A stretch of 64,000 nt of DNA from a virus. How positions within the stretch are numbered: the first letter of the stretch is position 1; the number at the start of each line of letters is the position of its first letter. The notes below the pieces were generated by a model. It had not been told where the DNA came from. It was given only the letters and a program-made list of their open reading frames with translations, and ran no database searches. The DNA lies in IMG/VR virus record IMGVR_UViG_3300020411_003736, positions 1 to 64,000 of that record. One strand, written 5' to 3'. Of this stretch, positions 45,831-56,455 are shown piece by piece. A program made the translations under genes and the position numbers.

Positions 45831-47798
45831 TTATTTCTCCAAAAACATATTGTTCATTGTTTTAGCCACTTCCATCATATTTGTGGGATTGATAAAAGTC
45901 GCATCCCTACCATACATTCTACTAAAAGTAGTTTTTTCATTCTCATAGGAATAATCACTACTGATAAAGTAACTCAATATTTTGATTCCATTATTTCGAA
46001 GTTGCTTCACCATTTTTTGAGTATGTTTCACAGCTTCTGTGCCTGAATAATGAATATCATTATTACCAAACCAAGGAGCCCCATCTGAATAATTGATGAA
46101 GTAATTATCATCACTATTTGACAAACCTAAAAAGTGATTCATCATAGCTTCGTAACATAGTGACTCTGGAGTAGTTCCACTAGTTCTAAGTGATGGCCAT
46201 AGATTCTTAACTTTACTTATCTTATCTTTTTGTGAATCATACGCAATCAACAGAACAGGATTATTTTCATTAGTATATCTCATACTCACAACAACTCTAA
46301 TGTTTCCAGCCATCTCAGCCGCTTTAATGATTGCCACAGTAGAGGTAATTGCATTTTCCCACTTCTTACCATTCATAGAACCTGAACCATCAATAGAAAT
46401 ATGAAGATTAGCTTTATTATATCTTTCTGTAAAGGTTTGTGAAAAAACTCTCTCATTACCAAATCCCAACTCAGAAATTAATCTTTTGTCTATTTTACCA
46501 GTATCTTGACGAGTGAAAATTAAATCTCTCTCTTCCCCACGAACCTTTAATTTCTTACCTAACATAGTTCCCAAACGAAGACCCTCAAGAATTGGTTTCC
46601 CATAATGTGAATCCCATACATCATCACCACCATACAACCAAGGTTTTTGAGCAAAATGAAAAGCATTACTATCTATTAAATCTTGAGTAAGATTAGGAAT
46701 AACAACACATTTTGTTTTTCCCATATATCCACCATCACCAACCTCAACCATCTCAGCACCACTTTTTGCAACAGAATTAACAATCTGAGCATCTCTTTTG
46801 GTTAGTTTGGATTTTGGTGTTTTTCCATCCATAAAATCTTTAGCTTTTTGAACAGCATTGATGAGTGATTTCTTTTGTCTATCTGATAACTCTTCAAAAT
46901 CTACAGAATCACCTTTTTCACCATCTTCAGCATCACCCGACTCAGCATCATCTCCTGGAGTCATTTCAGCATCACCAATATCAATAGTAGTTCCACCACC
47001 CATTTGAGAATCACTTTCTTCATTCTCTCCATCACCATTTTGTGACTCCGGCTGACCATTACCATTTTCATCATTGGTAGATTTAACAGAACCAACTATT
47101 GAAAATACCATATTTGAAACTTCTCTAGCCAAATCAATCACACCTTCAGGACTCAATCTCAATACATTTTTCAAATCCATCAAATTGTATATCTCACGAA
47201 GTTTTGGAAGTGCGTCTAAATCTGATTCCTTTGGAGCCATAAAACCTAAGATACGAAACTCATAACTTTCGATATCATACTCACGATACATACCTGATTT
47301 CAAACCCTTCCTAATGGCGTTATTTCTGAAATACTTCTTATAAAGACTGTGGTAGTAACCTTTGTAGCCAGGTGAAGATTTGAAAACCTTAGTATCGATT
47401 CTCCTATCCTCAATAAAGTTAATCATATTTTTGAAAAAAGCCCTTTGTTCATAAGTCCAATCCTCAGGAGTTTCTCTAATAGCGTCAGCCAAAAGTTCAA
47501 AATCACTAAAGGCAATGTGACTACCTTCGTGAAGAGCCAAACCAACTACATGGTCAAAATTCTTATCATTAATATTAGCAGAAATAGTAACATTCTTACC
47601 ATCTGTGTAACTATCTCCTCTTTGTGTATATTTAACAGGAATATTTTGTCCACTTACAATACGAACAAAATTTGCGATAGCTCTCTGATTAGAAGCCATC
47701 TGAATGTAATCTTTCTTTGGTTTTTCCTTTTCGATACCCAACAACTCATCAATGTCAGTATCATATTTATCAAACCAAAAATCCGAATAATTTTTCAT
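45831..47798 (-). CDS. vWA-domain protein with N-terminal HExxH domain (MoxR partner, CobT-like)
   Basis: LHEGSH..EDRRID; acidic linker; MIDAS DGSGS..T..SDG. Confidence 0.8.
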   Translation of the reverse strand: MKNYSDFWFDKYDTDIDELLGIEKEKPKKDYIQMASNQRAIANFVRIVSGQNIPVKYTQRGDSYTDGKNVTISANINDKNFDHVVGLALHEGSHIAFSDFELLADAIRETPEDWTYEQRAFFKNMINFIEDRRIDTKVFKSSPGYKGYYHSLYKKYFRNNAIRKGLKSGMYREYDIESYEFRILGFMAPKESDLDALPKLREIYNLMDLKNVLRLSPEGVIDLAREVSNMVFSIVGSVKSTNDENGNGQPESQNGDGENEESDSQMGGGTTIDIGDAEMTPGDDAESGDAEDGEKGDSVDFEELSDRQKKSLINAVQKAKDFMDGKTPKSKLTKRDAQIVNSVAKSGAEMVEVGDGGYMGKTKCVVIPNLTQDLIDSNAFHFAQKPWLYGGDDVWDSHYGKPILEGLRLGTMLGKKLKVRGEERDLIFTRQDTGKIDKRLISELGFGNERVFSQTFTERYNKANLHISIDGSGSMNGKKWENAITSTVAIIKAAEMAGNIRVVVSMRYTNENNPVLLIAYDSQKDKISKVKNLWPSLRTSGTTPESLCYEAMMNHFLGLSNSDDNYFINYSDGAPWFGNNDIHYSGTEAVKHTQKMVKQLRNNGIKILSYFISSDYSYENEKTTFSRMYGRDATFINPTNMMEVAKTMNNMFLEK

Positions 47799-47824
47799 TT
47801 GTTTCCTTTTTTATTTCTCATTTC

Positions 47825-47870
47825 GACCAAATATAACGATAAAATGCAATATGTGTCAAGCTTTTTTTTC
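47825..47870 (-). promoter_or_regulatory. Early-type promoter TTGACA-N18-TATATTTGG
   Basis: Promoter family motif. Confidence 0.7.
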
Positions 47871-47874
47871 ACTT

Positions 47875-48192
47875 TTATTTAATTTGTAATTCTTGTAACC
47901 ATTTTGGTACATTCTCCTTCATATAATGTTGTATAACAAATGCTTCAACCATATGAGTAAAAAACCAAATAAATGTAAGTATTGGTACATATATCCTAAA
48001 ATCCAATTCTAAATATCCCACACCAAACCAAGTCAGAAATAACATACCAACCGTTTTAGTTAAAAATCCCATTCCAGTAAAACCCAAACTCATCAAATTA
48101 CCACGTGCCACCACTACATACAAACCCATAACTAAATGTAATAAGTTTAATATAATTGGTGCTAACACACCTAATAAAATATATTCAATCAC
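47875..48192 (-). CDS. Small multi-pass membrane protein
   Basis: Three hydrophobic helices. Confidence 0.55.
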   Translation of the reverse strand: MIEYILLGVLAPIILNLLHLVMGLYVVVARGNLMSLGFTGMGFLTKTVGMLFLTWFGVGYLELDFRIYVPILTFIWFFTHMVEAFVIQHYMKENVPKWLQELQIK

Positions 48193-48490
48193 TGTTTTCC
48201 CCTATATTAGTAGCTACCAAACGACCTTTATAACATTGACTATAAAATTTATACAACCTATTACATATTTTCATTTCATTGGTAGTTAGTTTCTGTTGAT
48301 TTTCTGGCAACCCATCATCACTTAGTATTCTATCTAATTTCTGAACAAATTTAAAGTCATCTTTCCACTCAACTCCGTTTCTAGATGGAATAGAGTAGTC
48401 GTAGTCTGCAGCCTTTTTGATTTTATTATCCTCTGCCCACACAATCATAGTGTGTTCTAAATGTCTAAGTTTCTTCAGATTTTTGTTCAA
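48185..48490 (-). CDS. Hypothetical protein
   Basis: Packed ORF. Confidence 0.45.
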   Translation of the reverse strand: MNKNLKKLRHLEHTMIVWAEDNKIKKAADYDYSIPSRNGVEWKDDFKFVQKLDRILSDDGLPENQQKLTTNEMKICNRLYKFYSQCYKGRLVATNIGENSD

Positions 48491-48585
48491 CTTCTACCTC
48501 ACATTTTTCACCAGTTGTTTCAGATACAAATCTATATATTTTTGTCTTTGGTTTTGGTTTTTGTAAAAACCATTTTTTTAACCAT

Positions 48586-49095
48586 TTAAAAATCACCTGG
48601 CGCTACCTGAAATGTATTCAATCCCAAATCTCTCCACATCTTCACAACCTTATCTCTATCATCTACAACCAGAAAAACATCATTGATATCTACGAAAGTA
48701 TCTAACATAGCTTTCTTTAAGATTTCATCTGGCATATATCTCATATCTGGTGTAGCTGGATTACCATCAGCAATCGGCCACGAGTCTGCTTTAAATTTAT
48801 CTGGTCTCATAACTAAAAGGTCAAATGGTACATTGTGTATCTTTAACCAATCTTTAGTAGCAAAGAAACCTCTATCGTTTCTACCACTAAATATAACTAT
48901 TTTGAATCCATCATTTTTAAATAGTTGAGCCATCTTGATGACTGGTACATTAGGTGTATCCCAATCCATAATAGAAGTAGGTGAGGCAAATATTTCCCAA
49001 TCCAACTTACCATTAGGTTTAAGAGACTTATCTCTCCTAACATCAATATTAGCAAGAGTTCCATCCAAATCAAATATAACTGTATTTTTACTCAT
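48586..49095 (-). CDS. HAD-family phosphatase (T4 PNK 3'-phosphatase-like domain)
   Basis: IFDLDGTL, FSGR, K..VDDR..V..W. Confidence 0.85.
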   Translation of the reverse strand: MSKNTVIFDLDGTLANIDVRRDKSLKPNGKLDWEIFASPTSIMDWDTPNVPVIKMAQLFKNDGFKIVIFSGRNDRGFFATKDWLKIHNVPFDLLVMRPDKFKADSWPIADGNPATPDMRYMPDEILKKAMLDTFVDINDVFLVVDDRDKVVKMWRDLGLNTFQVAPGDF

Positions 49096-49114
49096 TATTT
49101 CCCCTTTAATCCAT

Positions 49115-49155
49115 TTACTAAAAATAACAATAAAATAACATACAAGTCAAGTTTT
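49115..49155 (-). promoter_or_regulatory. Early-type promoter TTGACT-N18-TATTTTTAG
   Basis: Promoter family motif. Confidence 0.6.
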
Positions 49156-49507
49156 ATTTAAAACTCTTTTTATTTTTATTTACTATGTAAGTGTATCCCC
49201 ATTCACCATTCTCATCTTTCCTATAAACTACTTTGATATCTTCCCAATGGAAATGAAAAGCACAATATTGTGTCAATTTCTGATTGTGCTGTGGGAATAT
49301 AAAACTATCAAAATTATCTCTGTATTTATGTTGCTCTCCCTTATAATCAATAAGTGGATAACTCGTAATCTTTGTGGGAACTCTTGCTATTGGTACACCC
49401 TTATGTGTTGTATTTTTTGCACAACCCTTCAGTAGTAATACAATTATTAAAACTATCAGTAAATAAAAAAAAGATAATAAATCCTTTAAATCAAAATTAT
49501 TCTTCAT
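49154..49507 (-). CDS. Putative lipoprotein
   Basis: Hydrophobic helix ending LLKG-C. Confidence 0.5.
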   Translation of the reverse strand: MKNNFDLKDLLSFFYLLIVLIIVLLLKGCAKNTTHKGVPIARVPTKITSYPLIDYKGEQHKYRDNFDSFIFPQHNQKLTQYCAFHFHWEDIKVVYRKDENGEWGYTYIVNKNKKSFK

Positions 49508-49766
49508 CTTCTGGCTTCTTCCTCGGTTTATTAGTCCAATGCCCCTTTACCAATTCCACATCTGCAAAATCATACCACATTTCATCACCACCATTTCCTA
49601 ACATAATATAATACATTTCATTCTTCATATCTCTTTCCTGTATGAAGCCGAATGTCTCTTTCCTTATCGGACCAATTGATGTGTATTCAGTTGTAAATAT
49701 CCTACAAGGATTTCTCCTACTACCTTCTAAAATTGATTTTTTCTTTTTCTTTTTGAAAAATGCCAT
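49497..49766 (-). CDS. Hypothetical protein
   Basis: ORF track. Confidence 0.45.
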   Translation of the reverse strand: MAFFKKKKKKSILEGSRRNPCRIFTTEYTSIGPIRKETFGFIQERDMKNEMYYIMLGNGGDEMWYDFADVELVKGHWTNKPRKKPEDEE

Positions 49767-49798
49767 ATGTAACCTTTATTTTAATTAAAAAAACTTTT

Positions 49799-50050
49799 TT
49801 ATGATCCGAAATAACTCCATATTCTATCAATCATAAGAGCCATAAAACCAGTACCTAAAATACCTCTCCACTTAGCAGTATTTTCTCTAAATTGAGTATT
49901 CTTCTTTGTCTCAGCCCACAAACCTTCATGTGGATTAAATAGATTCTCTTTGATAAATTTGATATCTTCATGCATCTTTATCCTATCACGTTCGGCCTGT
50001 TCCATCCGTTCTATTATCACATTCAAATCTTTTTTATCTTGCCCATTCAT
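49799..50050 (-). CDS. Coiled-coil plus C-terminal TM protein (holin/XhlA-like shape)
   Basis: Topology; late motif upstream. Confidence 0.45.
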   Translation of the reverse strand: MNGQDKKDLNVIIERMEQAERDRIKMHEDIKFIKENLFNPHEGLWAETKKNTQFRENTAKWRGILGTGFMALMIDRIWSYFGS

Positions 50051-50129
50051 TGTATTGTTCCATTAGTTGTAAATAAATATAAAATCATATCTGTATCGTT
50101 GTATTTCCTTGCTTGGAAAATATAGAAAA

Positions 50130-50648
50130 TTAAGCTTTTCCAAATTGCATCATTATCATTTGTTCAAGTTGTGGTTTGTTCTCTTCAGGAGTATTGTGCC
50201 ACTGTAATACCAAGGATTTCATCATTACATCAATCTTATTTTTGGTCATCTCTATCTGTACACTCAAATAAGAAACCTCATCTATTTCTTCTTCAATGTT
50301 TACATCATACTTTTGAGCCATATCAATCAAACCATCCAAATCATAACTGTCAACATCATCTTTTAACTTTTGGAAATCCTTATGACTTCCAGTCTTCTTA
50401 TCAGGATGAACCTTTTGAGCTAACTTCTTATATATGACATCAACTTCTTCTCTTCTTTCGACTTTTGGTTTTTCAGCTTTAGCCTCCTCAGCCGCCTTCC
50501 CAGTTCTCATCATATCTAACTTATCTCTGAAATATTCATCAAAGCCCTTTTGAGCTTGTTCGAATATAGCCTGTTGATACTCCAATTCAGCCTTTAGATA
50601 TTTATACTCAGCATTCAGTTTTCTTTTCTCTAACTCTTTATCAATCAT
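50130..50648 (-). CDS. J-domain (DnaJ-like) protein
   Basis: IYKKLAQKVHPDK..G...FQKL. Confidence 0.7.
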   Translation of the reverse strand: MIDKELEKRKLNAEYKYLKAELEYQQAIFEQAQKGFDEYFRDKLDMMRTGKAAEEAKAEKPKVERREEVDVIYKKLAQKVHPDKKTGSHKDFQKLKDDVDSYDLDGLIDMAQKYDVNIEEEIDEVSYLSVQIEMTKNKIDVMMKSLVLQWHNTPEENKPQLEQMIMMQFGKA

Positions 50649-51399
50649 TAAATAGTTCTTTGAACAAATCGTTAGCTTTCTTAGATTGTTCCGATACTGC
50701 TTTCTTCTCTTTTGGTTTCTCTTTCATTTCATTGGCATAAGCACCACGTTTCCACCTATCAAATTCAATATGAGTAGCCATCATATCAGCTTGATGTAAT
50801 ATGTAAGCAATATTGGTTTTCAATGACCTTTCAGGTGTCCAACCTATGAAGTAACTTTTATTAGCCTCTTCATAAAGTCCATCTGTCAATTTTAACCCAA
50901 TGTACTCATTCTCTGACATATTGATACCAAAGTGTTGTAACAAAAACATAGCTCTATCAGTTACAGTCATATACTGTAAGTTAGGATTATGTTTGTATAT
51001 CAGACCTTGATTCTTACGATGCCACTCCGAATCATTTATGGAATAATAATCCTCAGCCAAATCCCCAATCTTACCTAAGTCATGATGCATAGCCGCAAAT
51101 ACTAATTCCTCTTCTGTGAAGTTTATTGTAGCACCATTATCTTCCCACAACTTATAGATTTGTTTAGCACAATTAATAACATGCAACACATGATCCACAT
51201 ATCCACCAGCATAAGCATTATGGTAGTGCTCCCTACCACTCGCAGGAGCTATTGACATCCTTTCCTCAAAATAATCATACATTTCACGCAATTTAGTATG
51301 TCTTTCGTTATCGTCTGTATCTACGAAAGTATCATCTATAATTTGCATTAACTCTTTCCAATTATCCACAATATCTTCTGATGTTAATTCTCTTATCAT
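50641..51399 (-). CDS. HD-domain hydrolase
   Basis: APAS..HYH..GGYVDH, HHDLGK, HQAD. Confidence 0.8.
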   Translation of the reverse strand: MIRELTSEDIVDNWKELMQIIDDTFVDTDDNERHTKLREMYDYFEERMSIAPASGREHYHNAYAGGYVDHVLHVINCAKQIYKLWEDNGATINFTEEELVFAAMHHDLGKIGDLAEDYYSINDSEWHRKNQGLIYKHNPNLQYMTVTDRAMFLLQHFGINMSENEYIGLKLTDGLYEEANKSYFIGWTPERSLKTNIAYILHQADMMATHIEFDRWKRGAYANEMKEKPKEKKAVSEQSKKANDLFKELFND

Positions 51400-51995
51400 A
51401 AAGAAACCTCTATTCCTATTTTACCTTTATAAAACTCTTTACCTTGAAGTTTGGATACTTCACCTAAATTATACAACCTAATCTTATCTGTAAGTTTCCA
51501 ACTAACTTTGAACTTATCTTCAAATTCAAAATTATCTAAACGGGTATCACCATTTTCATCAGGTGGTAAATATCCATCAAATGTTGCTTCAATTTCTATC
51601 TTATCATCAAAGTATTTTTTCTTTTTACTCATACCAATTGAAGCAAATGTTTCAAAGTTTTTGCTGAATACATTGTCATCATCATTACGACTTGTAAATC
51701 CATATGACCAATCTTTCCATTTATGTCTCCAGTCAAGTTTAAAATATTTGACACCTTGACTTTCTTTATTCATATACTCTGGTTTGAAGTAAATACCATC
51801 CTCAATCTTAACCCATATCAAATCATCAATATAAGGTTTACCAAGTTCCCTTTCCCACTGACGATTGAAATAGTATGCTGGGTGACTAACACCAATACTA
51901 ACTTCGTAGTCATCAGGATTAGGTTGAACATTTGGTGTTCTAATTGCGAATGAACTAAATAACATCACACCCGCTAATAGACTGTCCAATATCAT
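51396..51995 (-). CDS. Putative outer-membrane beta-barrel protein
   Basis: N-terminal hydrophobic signal, amphipathic strands, C-terminal YKGKIGIEVSL. Confidence 0.45.
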   Translation of the reverse strand: MILDSLLAGVMLFSSFAIRTPNVQPNPDDYEVSIGVSHPAYYFNRQWERELGKPYIDDLIWVKIEDGIYFKPEYMNKESQGVKYFKLDWRHKWKDWSYGFTSRNDDDNVFSKNFETFASIGMSKKKKYFDDKIEIEATFDGYLPPDENGDTRLDNFEFEDKFKVSWKLTDKIRLYNLGEVSKLQGKEFYKGKIGIEVSL

Positions 51996-52125
51996 TATTT
52001 TTTTCTCCTGGTATATTTTCTTTTTGTAGTTTTTCTTTTAGAAGTTTTAACTCTCCGCTCATCACCACTTCTCTTATCAACACCAATCCAATTCATTAGT
52101 GTCTCAATTGCTTTCATAAAGTTAT

Positions 52126-53490
52126 TCATTTGTCTCTCCATTCATAACCATGTTTAGTAAATTTAATCTCATCATACTTCCTAAGAGCGTGTCTATAACC
52201 ATTCCAACCTATTCGAACTCCCCATCCAAGGTATTCCAAAAGTTCTTTTTTGGTTACAAATCTTTTCCTCTCTATAAAGTCTTTTATTTTAAGAACACTT
52301 TCAGTTTCTTGTACTGGTTTAAAGTCAAAGACAGTATCCCAACCATTGAACCATTTAGATATTCTCTCTTCCCACATCATATTTTTAGCCAATGTAGTAG
52401 TGTCGTAATCTATTTTATTATCCAACATTGAATTAAATTTGTTCTTAAAATCTTCTCTGTCGTCATATAAATATGGATAGGGATCATCAACTACACTAGT
52501 CATTTCAGGATAACATAGTTTGTTAGGTAGTAGATATGGAACACCAACAGAAAAACCATCAGTAGTTGAAATACTCCAAGCAGAATACTTCTGAAATGTT
52601 CCCACTCCAAACTTCACATTGGATAGAAAATTCATATAGTCATCTCTCGTATCAATACTAACTCTCTCATTCCAAGGCCTATCAACCTGTGTCAATGTGG
52701 TGTAGACTTTGAAGTCCTGCCTTTGTTCCCATATCTCATCAACAACCTTTACGAACCATTCCCATCCAGTATATCCAGCACCTCTATGATTGAAAACCAC
52801 AGTCTTATCTTTGTATTTGTCCCGTACATTAATCCTATCCACACCCAAATAATGAGGTTGAATGATTTCATGCAATCTGTTGATAACCTTATCATTCCAA
52901 TGTAGAGCTGCGTTCTTAATGGTAAGTTGTTTTAACCAATCGCTATTAACTCCACACTCATCCATCATAAGCAATCCAGCCACACTTTCATACAAAGCTC
53001 TAGCAGGAAAATCCTTATGAACTCCAGCCCTATCACCATATGGTGCATTTTCAGGAACCTCAAACCAATGTGAATAACCAATAAATTTAGGTTTAAGATT
53101 TGAATTGTTATACAGACAATTAGCCATCTGTAGTGTATGTTCTGGCAAATGTGAATACACTATGTCAAAATCATTTCTCTTCCAATCCACATGCGACATA
53201 AATTGTTTTGTGTCAAAATGTTGTCTCATCGTATTGATGTATGTTGGAAGTGTGTACATCCTCTGTTCTACATTAGGGAAATTCAGAGACTTAACAAACT
53301 CTGGTATTAATAATGTGAAATGTATCTTCCATCGTTTGCTCATATATGGTATGGTGTGTCTCAACACCTCAACCAAACTATCAGCCTCTAAGTTATCACG
53401 ATAGGTATAGTTACCATATAACAATATCTTATAATCATATTGTTCATGCTCATACCTATCATCTAAGTAATCATTTATATCTCTTATCAT
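52126..53490 (-). CDS. GT-B (GT4-like) glycosyltransferase
   Basis: DIVYSHLPE, VVFNHR, WSISTTDG..GVPYLLP..YPE. Confidence 0.7.
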   Translation of the reverse strand: MIRDINDYLDDRYEHEQYDYKILLYGNYTYRDNLEADSLVEVLRHTIPYMSKRWKIHFTLLIPEFVKSLNFPNVEQRMYTLPTYINTMRQHFDTKQFMSHVDWKRNDFDIVYSHLPEHTLQMANCLYNNSNLKPKFIGYSHWFEVPENAPYGDRAGVHKDFPARALYESVAGLLMMDECGVNSDWLKQLTIKNAALHWNDKVINRLHEIIQPHYLGVDRINVRDKYKDKTVVFNHRGAGYTGWEWFVKVVDEIWEQRQDFKVYTTLTQVDRPWNERVSIDTRDDYMNFLSNVKFGVGTFQKYSAWSISTTDGFSVGVPYLLPNKLCYPEMTSVVDDPYPYLYDDREDFKNKFNSMLDNKIDYDTTTLAKNMMWEERISKWFNGWDTVFDFKPVQETESVLKIKDFIERKRFVTKKELLEYLGWGVRIGWNGYRHALRKYDEIKFTKHGYEWRDK

Positions 53491-53498
53491 ATTCCTTC

Positions 53499-54854
53499 CT
53501 ACTTTACTTCTGGCACATTACAATCACGACAGATAACTTTGGTGTTCTCTACAGTGGTAGCACCACCAGCAGAATGTGCATCTATATGTCCTTTCACTGC
53601 GTCACCGAAACGAAGTGTACATCCACAATCCTCACAAACCTTATTACCTTTACCATCATCATTTTGTAACCATAAATTAAATAAATCTCTATCCGAAATA
53701 ACTCTCAATGGATCAACACCAATCACACCATCGCAACTATCTAACTCATTAAGTAAAAATTGCAATCTAATCTCTAATCCCCTTGAATCAGAACCTAATC
53801 GTGTCTTTTGGTGATAAGCTGTCTCCTCAATACCCATCTTCTTCTGCTCATCACTAACCATTGATAATCTATTGTGTGTAACAAAAAACCAATCAACAAA
53901 CTTATTCCAATGTTTGACTCTCAATGACTTATCATTTAATATATGATTTGTTATGAGAGTTAAATTTAAAATAACACCTAAGTTTATACTCTTCTTATAC
54001 TTCTTGTTTTCCAACATGGTGTATAACTTATCTAAAACTTTATCAACTTTTGTGCTGATAAAGTGATTTCTATATTCAGGTTTCAAATACATATCTTTCA
54101 AAGTTTTTGCTGAAAGACCAGATTCTTTACCTATACCCAAAACAATAGCAGTAATCTTAGCTAACAACTCATCTTGTGCCATCTTCTTAAATGTCAATGA
54201 AGTATACAATGATTTAAGAGATTTACTATCCCTCTTAAATAAATTATGTAATTCAAACTTCGTACCCTTCCACTCATTATCTAATCTAGCAGTTCCACGA
54301 ACATAAGCAGCAGGTGCGGTATTTATCGCATTTCTCTTTTCAGCTTCTGTCATAGCATTAAGGTCATTTAAATCACAAAACATCTGCATTATCTCAGCTT
54401 CATTTGAAGAATGAGTCAACACCAATCTTAATTCGGATGAGAGAAACTTCTCTGCTAAGTGTGGGTGATTATTCTTCACATCAGACCAATTCATACCACT
54501 AAGATCATAATTATCTCTTAACTCATAATCTACCACAACACATGTACCCAATTTAAATTTGTCATTAAGAAAATCCGTAATGGTTCTAAATCTCTGTTGT
54601 CCATCTATCATTTCTGTTATGGAATGTAAAGCGCTTATTCTATTTCCACCATCCATAACCATATACTGATCATCAACTCTAGCGTATAAATTAGGGATGA
54701 CACGATTACCCTCAAAAATACTACCAATGAGTTTTTGTTGCCAACCCTTCCTTTCATGTGCGATGTAATCTCGCTGATAGGCTGGGTTTAAATTTATTGT
54801 TTTTGATATCGTTTCGATATCCTTTATGTTTATCACTTTAAGTGAACTCTTCAT
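53499..54854 (-). CDS. DUF262 (ParB-like/GmrS) plus C-terminal HNH nuclease
   Basis: PAYQR..W, IDGQQR, F..LN; C-terminal CEDC..GHIDAH..GG.T..N..VICRDCN. Confidence 0.8.
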   Translation of the reverse strand: MKSSLKVINIKDIETISKTINLNPAYQRDYIAHERKGWQQKLIGSIFEGNRVIPNLYARVDDQYMVMDGGNRISALHSITEMIDGQQRFRTITDFLNDKFKLGTCVVVDYELRDNYDLSGMNWSDVKNNHPHLAEKFLSSELRLVLTHSSNEAEIMQMFCDLNDLNAMTEAEKRNAINTAPAAYVRGTARLDNEWKGTKFELHNLFKRDSKSLKSLYTSLTFKKMAQDELLAKITAIVLGIGKESGLSAKTLKDMYLKPEYRNHFISTKVDKVLDKLYTMLENKKYKKSINLGVILNLTLITNHILNDKSLRVKHWNKFVDWFFVTHNRLSMVSDEQKKMGIEETAYHQKTRLGSDSRGLEIRLQFLLNELDSCDGVIGVDPLRVISDRDLFNLWLQNDDGKGNKVCEDCGCTLRFGDAVKGHIDAHSAGGATTVENTKVICRDCNVPEVK

Positions 54855-54973
54855 TTGTTTATTTTCCTATGTTTGGCTATTATTATGTAGGACAATCATT
54901 TAAACCATTTCAATAAATGGTATGATTCTTAATCCCTTTGACATATACTCTGCCAATATAGAGTATAATTTTT

Positions 54974-55186
54974 TTAATCTAAAATCTTATCATCAATGTT
55001 TCTAAGCAAAATCCTAACCTTATTATTGTCAACATCCTCATTTTCTTGCTTAGTGATATCCCATTCAACCAATGTACCCTCTTCCCAATCCAACTCATCA
55101 TATATCGCTTTTGGTATGGTGAAAATCAATTCCTCTGTTTTGAAGATTTCATCATTTACTAATTTCTTTTCTACTTTTATTTTCAT
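54974..55186 (-). CDS. AbrB/MazE-like DNA-binding protein
   Basis: FTIPKAIYDELDWEEGTLVEW. Confidence 0.6.
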   Translation of the reverse strand: MKIKVEKKLVNDEIFKTEELIFTIPKAIYDELDWEEGTLVEWDITKQENEDVDNNKVRILLRNIDDKILD

Positions 55187-56379
55187 CTACCTACCTCATT
55201 TAAATACTTTGCCTTTGTTTGATTCCAACTCTTACCAACAACATCAGCATAAAATAACTTCTCAGGTTTCAATCTACCCTCATCAAATAACTTACTATAT
55301 CTTCTGATAGCTTTTGGTTTCCACCAATTGTTTATATAATCCACATCATCAACATACTTCTTCTTCATAATAAGTTCATCCTCATAGATGTTACCCTTTA
55401 GAAACTCTCTACCATTCTCATATATATCTGAATAGTAAACACCTCTTTTGAAACCATGATCATAATTTGAAGCTCTTAAACCCAACTCTTTAAATATCAT
55501 ATTAATGATAATACTCTTCACTCCAGTCTTTGGACCAGCAACTCCCTCTTTTTGTGTGGTTCTTTCTAAATACTCTTCTCTCTTATTCTCTTTAATCCAA
55601 TCATGCCAAACCTCATAAAATGAATCATCTGGCTTCAATGCAATCCTACCAGCAGATTCCCCAAGAGTTTTCCAATGTGGAATTCCATTATACATTGAAT
55701 GTACACCATAAAGAGCAGTAGTGGTAATACCAACTAAAGTTTCATTATAAAGTTCTTCCCATTTATTTCTTATAACAGAACTTGTAGTCATAGCTGCAAC
55801 CAACTTACCACCTAAGAAATTAAATCCCAAAGGTTGTGTACAACATATAGTAGTAGCAATAGAAGTATGTCTCAATTTACCATCAGTTAATTTATCTTCT
55901 TTTGTCCAACCAATATGTTTATCTCTGACACCTATTGCAACTACATCAGACCCCAAACATACCACACCTAATACTTTCTCTGTGTTTCTATCTTTGATAA
56001 AGAACTTTAGATTTCTACCAGGATTAGCAGTAAACTCCATACTATGAATCAACTTCCTTACTGAAACCCAAGTATCTGTAGCTTTGGCATCCCCTTGCTC
56101 AATATATTCCACATAAGGGTTTAACTCTTCTATCTCTTTTATAGTTTGTTGTTTGTTGTTTATGTCAGTGGGTGTCCACAACATATAACCGACATTGAAA
56201 AACTTATTTGCCTTCTTTACCATTTTGTAGGCATCTTTGTTCAGTTCCTGCCACTTTTTATATAAAGTAATCTCTTCAACTGACATAGCCTTCAACATAT
56301 TCATATTATCGATAAACTTATCCCGCTCCCGATCGTAATTAAACTCATCCGGATCGTCAAAAAAATCATTGAACGCCAC
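55183..56379 (-). CDS. DUF4338 / DruA-like protein
   Basis: PGRNLKF..LGVVCLGS..RDKHIGW..QPLGFNFLGGKLVA..TTTALYG..SMYNG. Confidence 0.65.
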   Translation of the reverse strand: MAFNDFFDDPDEFNYDRERDKFIDNMNMLKAMSVEEITLYKKWQELNKDAYKMVKKANKFFNVGYMLWTPTDINNKQQTIKEIEELNPYVEYIEQGDAKATDTWVSVRKLIHSMEFTANPGRNLKFFIKDRNTEKVLGVVCLGSDVVAIGVRDKHIGWTKEDKLTDGKLRHTSIATTICCTQPLGFNFLGGKLVAAMTTSSVIRNKWEELYNETLVGITTTALYGVHSMYNGIPHWKTLGESAGRIALKPDDSFYEVWHDWIKENKREEYLERTTQKEGVAGPKTGVKSIIINMIFKELGLRASNYDHGFKRGVYYSDIYENGREFLKGNIYEDELIMKKKYVDDVDYINNWWKPKAIRRYSKLFDEGRLKPEKLFYADVVGKSWNQTKAKYLNEVGR

Positions 56380-56455
56380 TAAGAACCTTTTATTTGAAAT
56401 ATAACCATAATTTAACTTAAAGACATTTATTCAAAATGTCAAGCTTTTTTTTACT

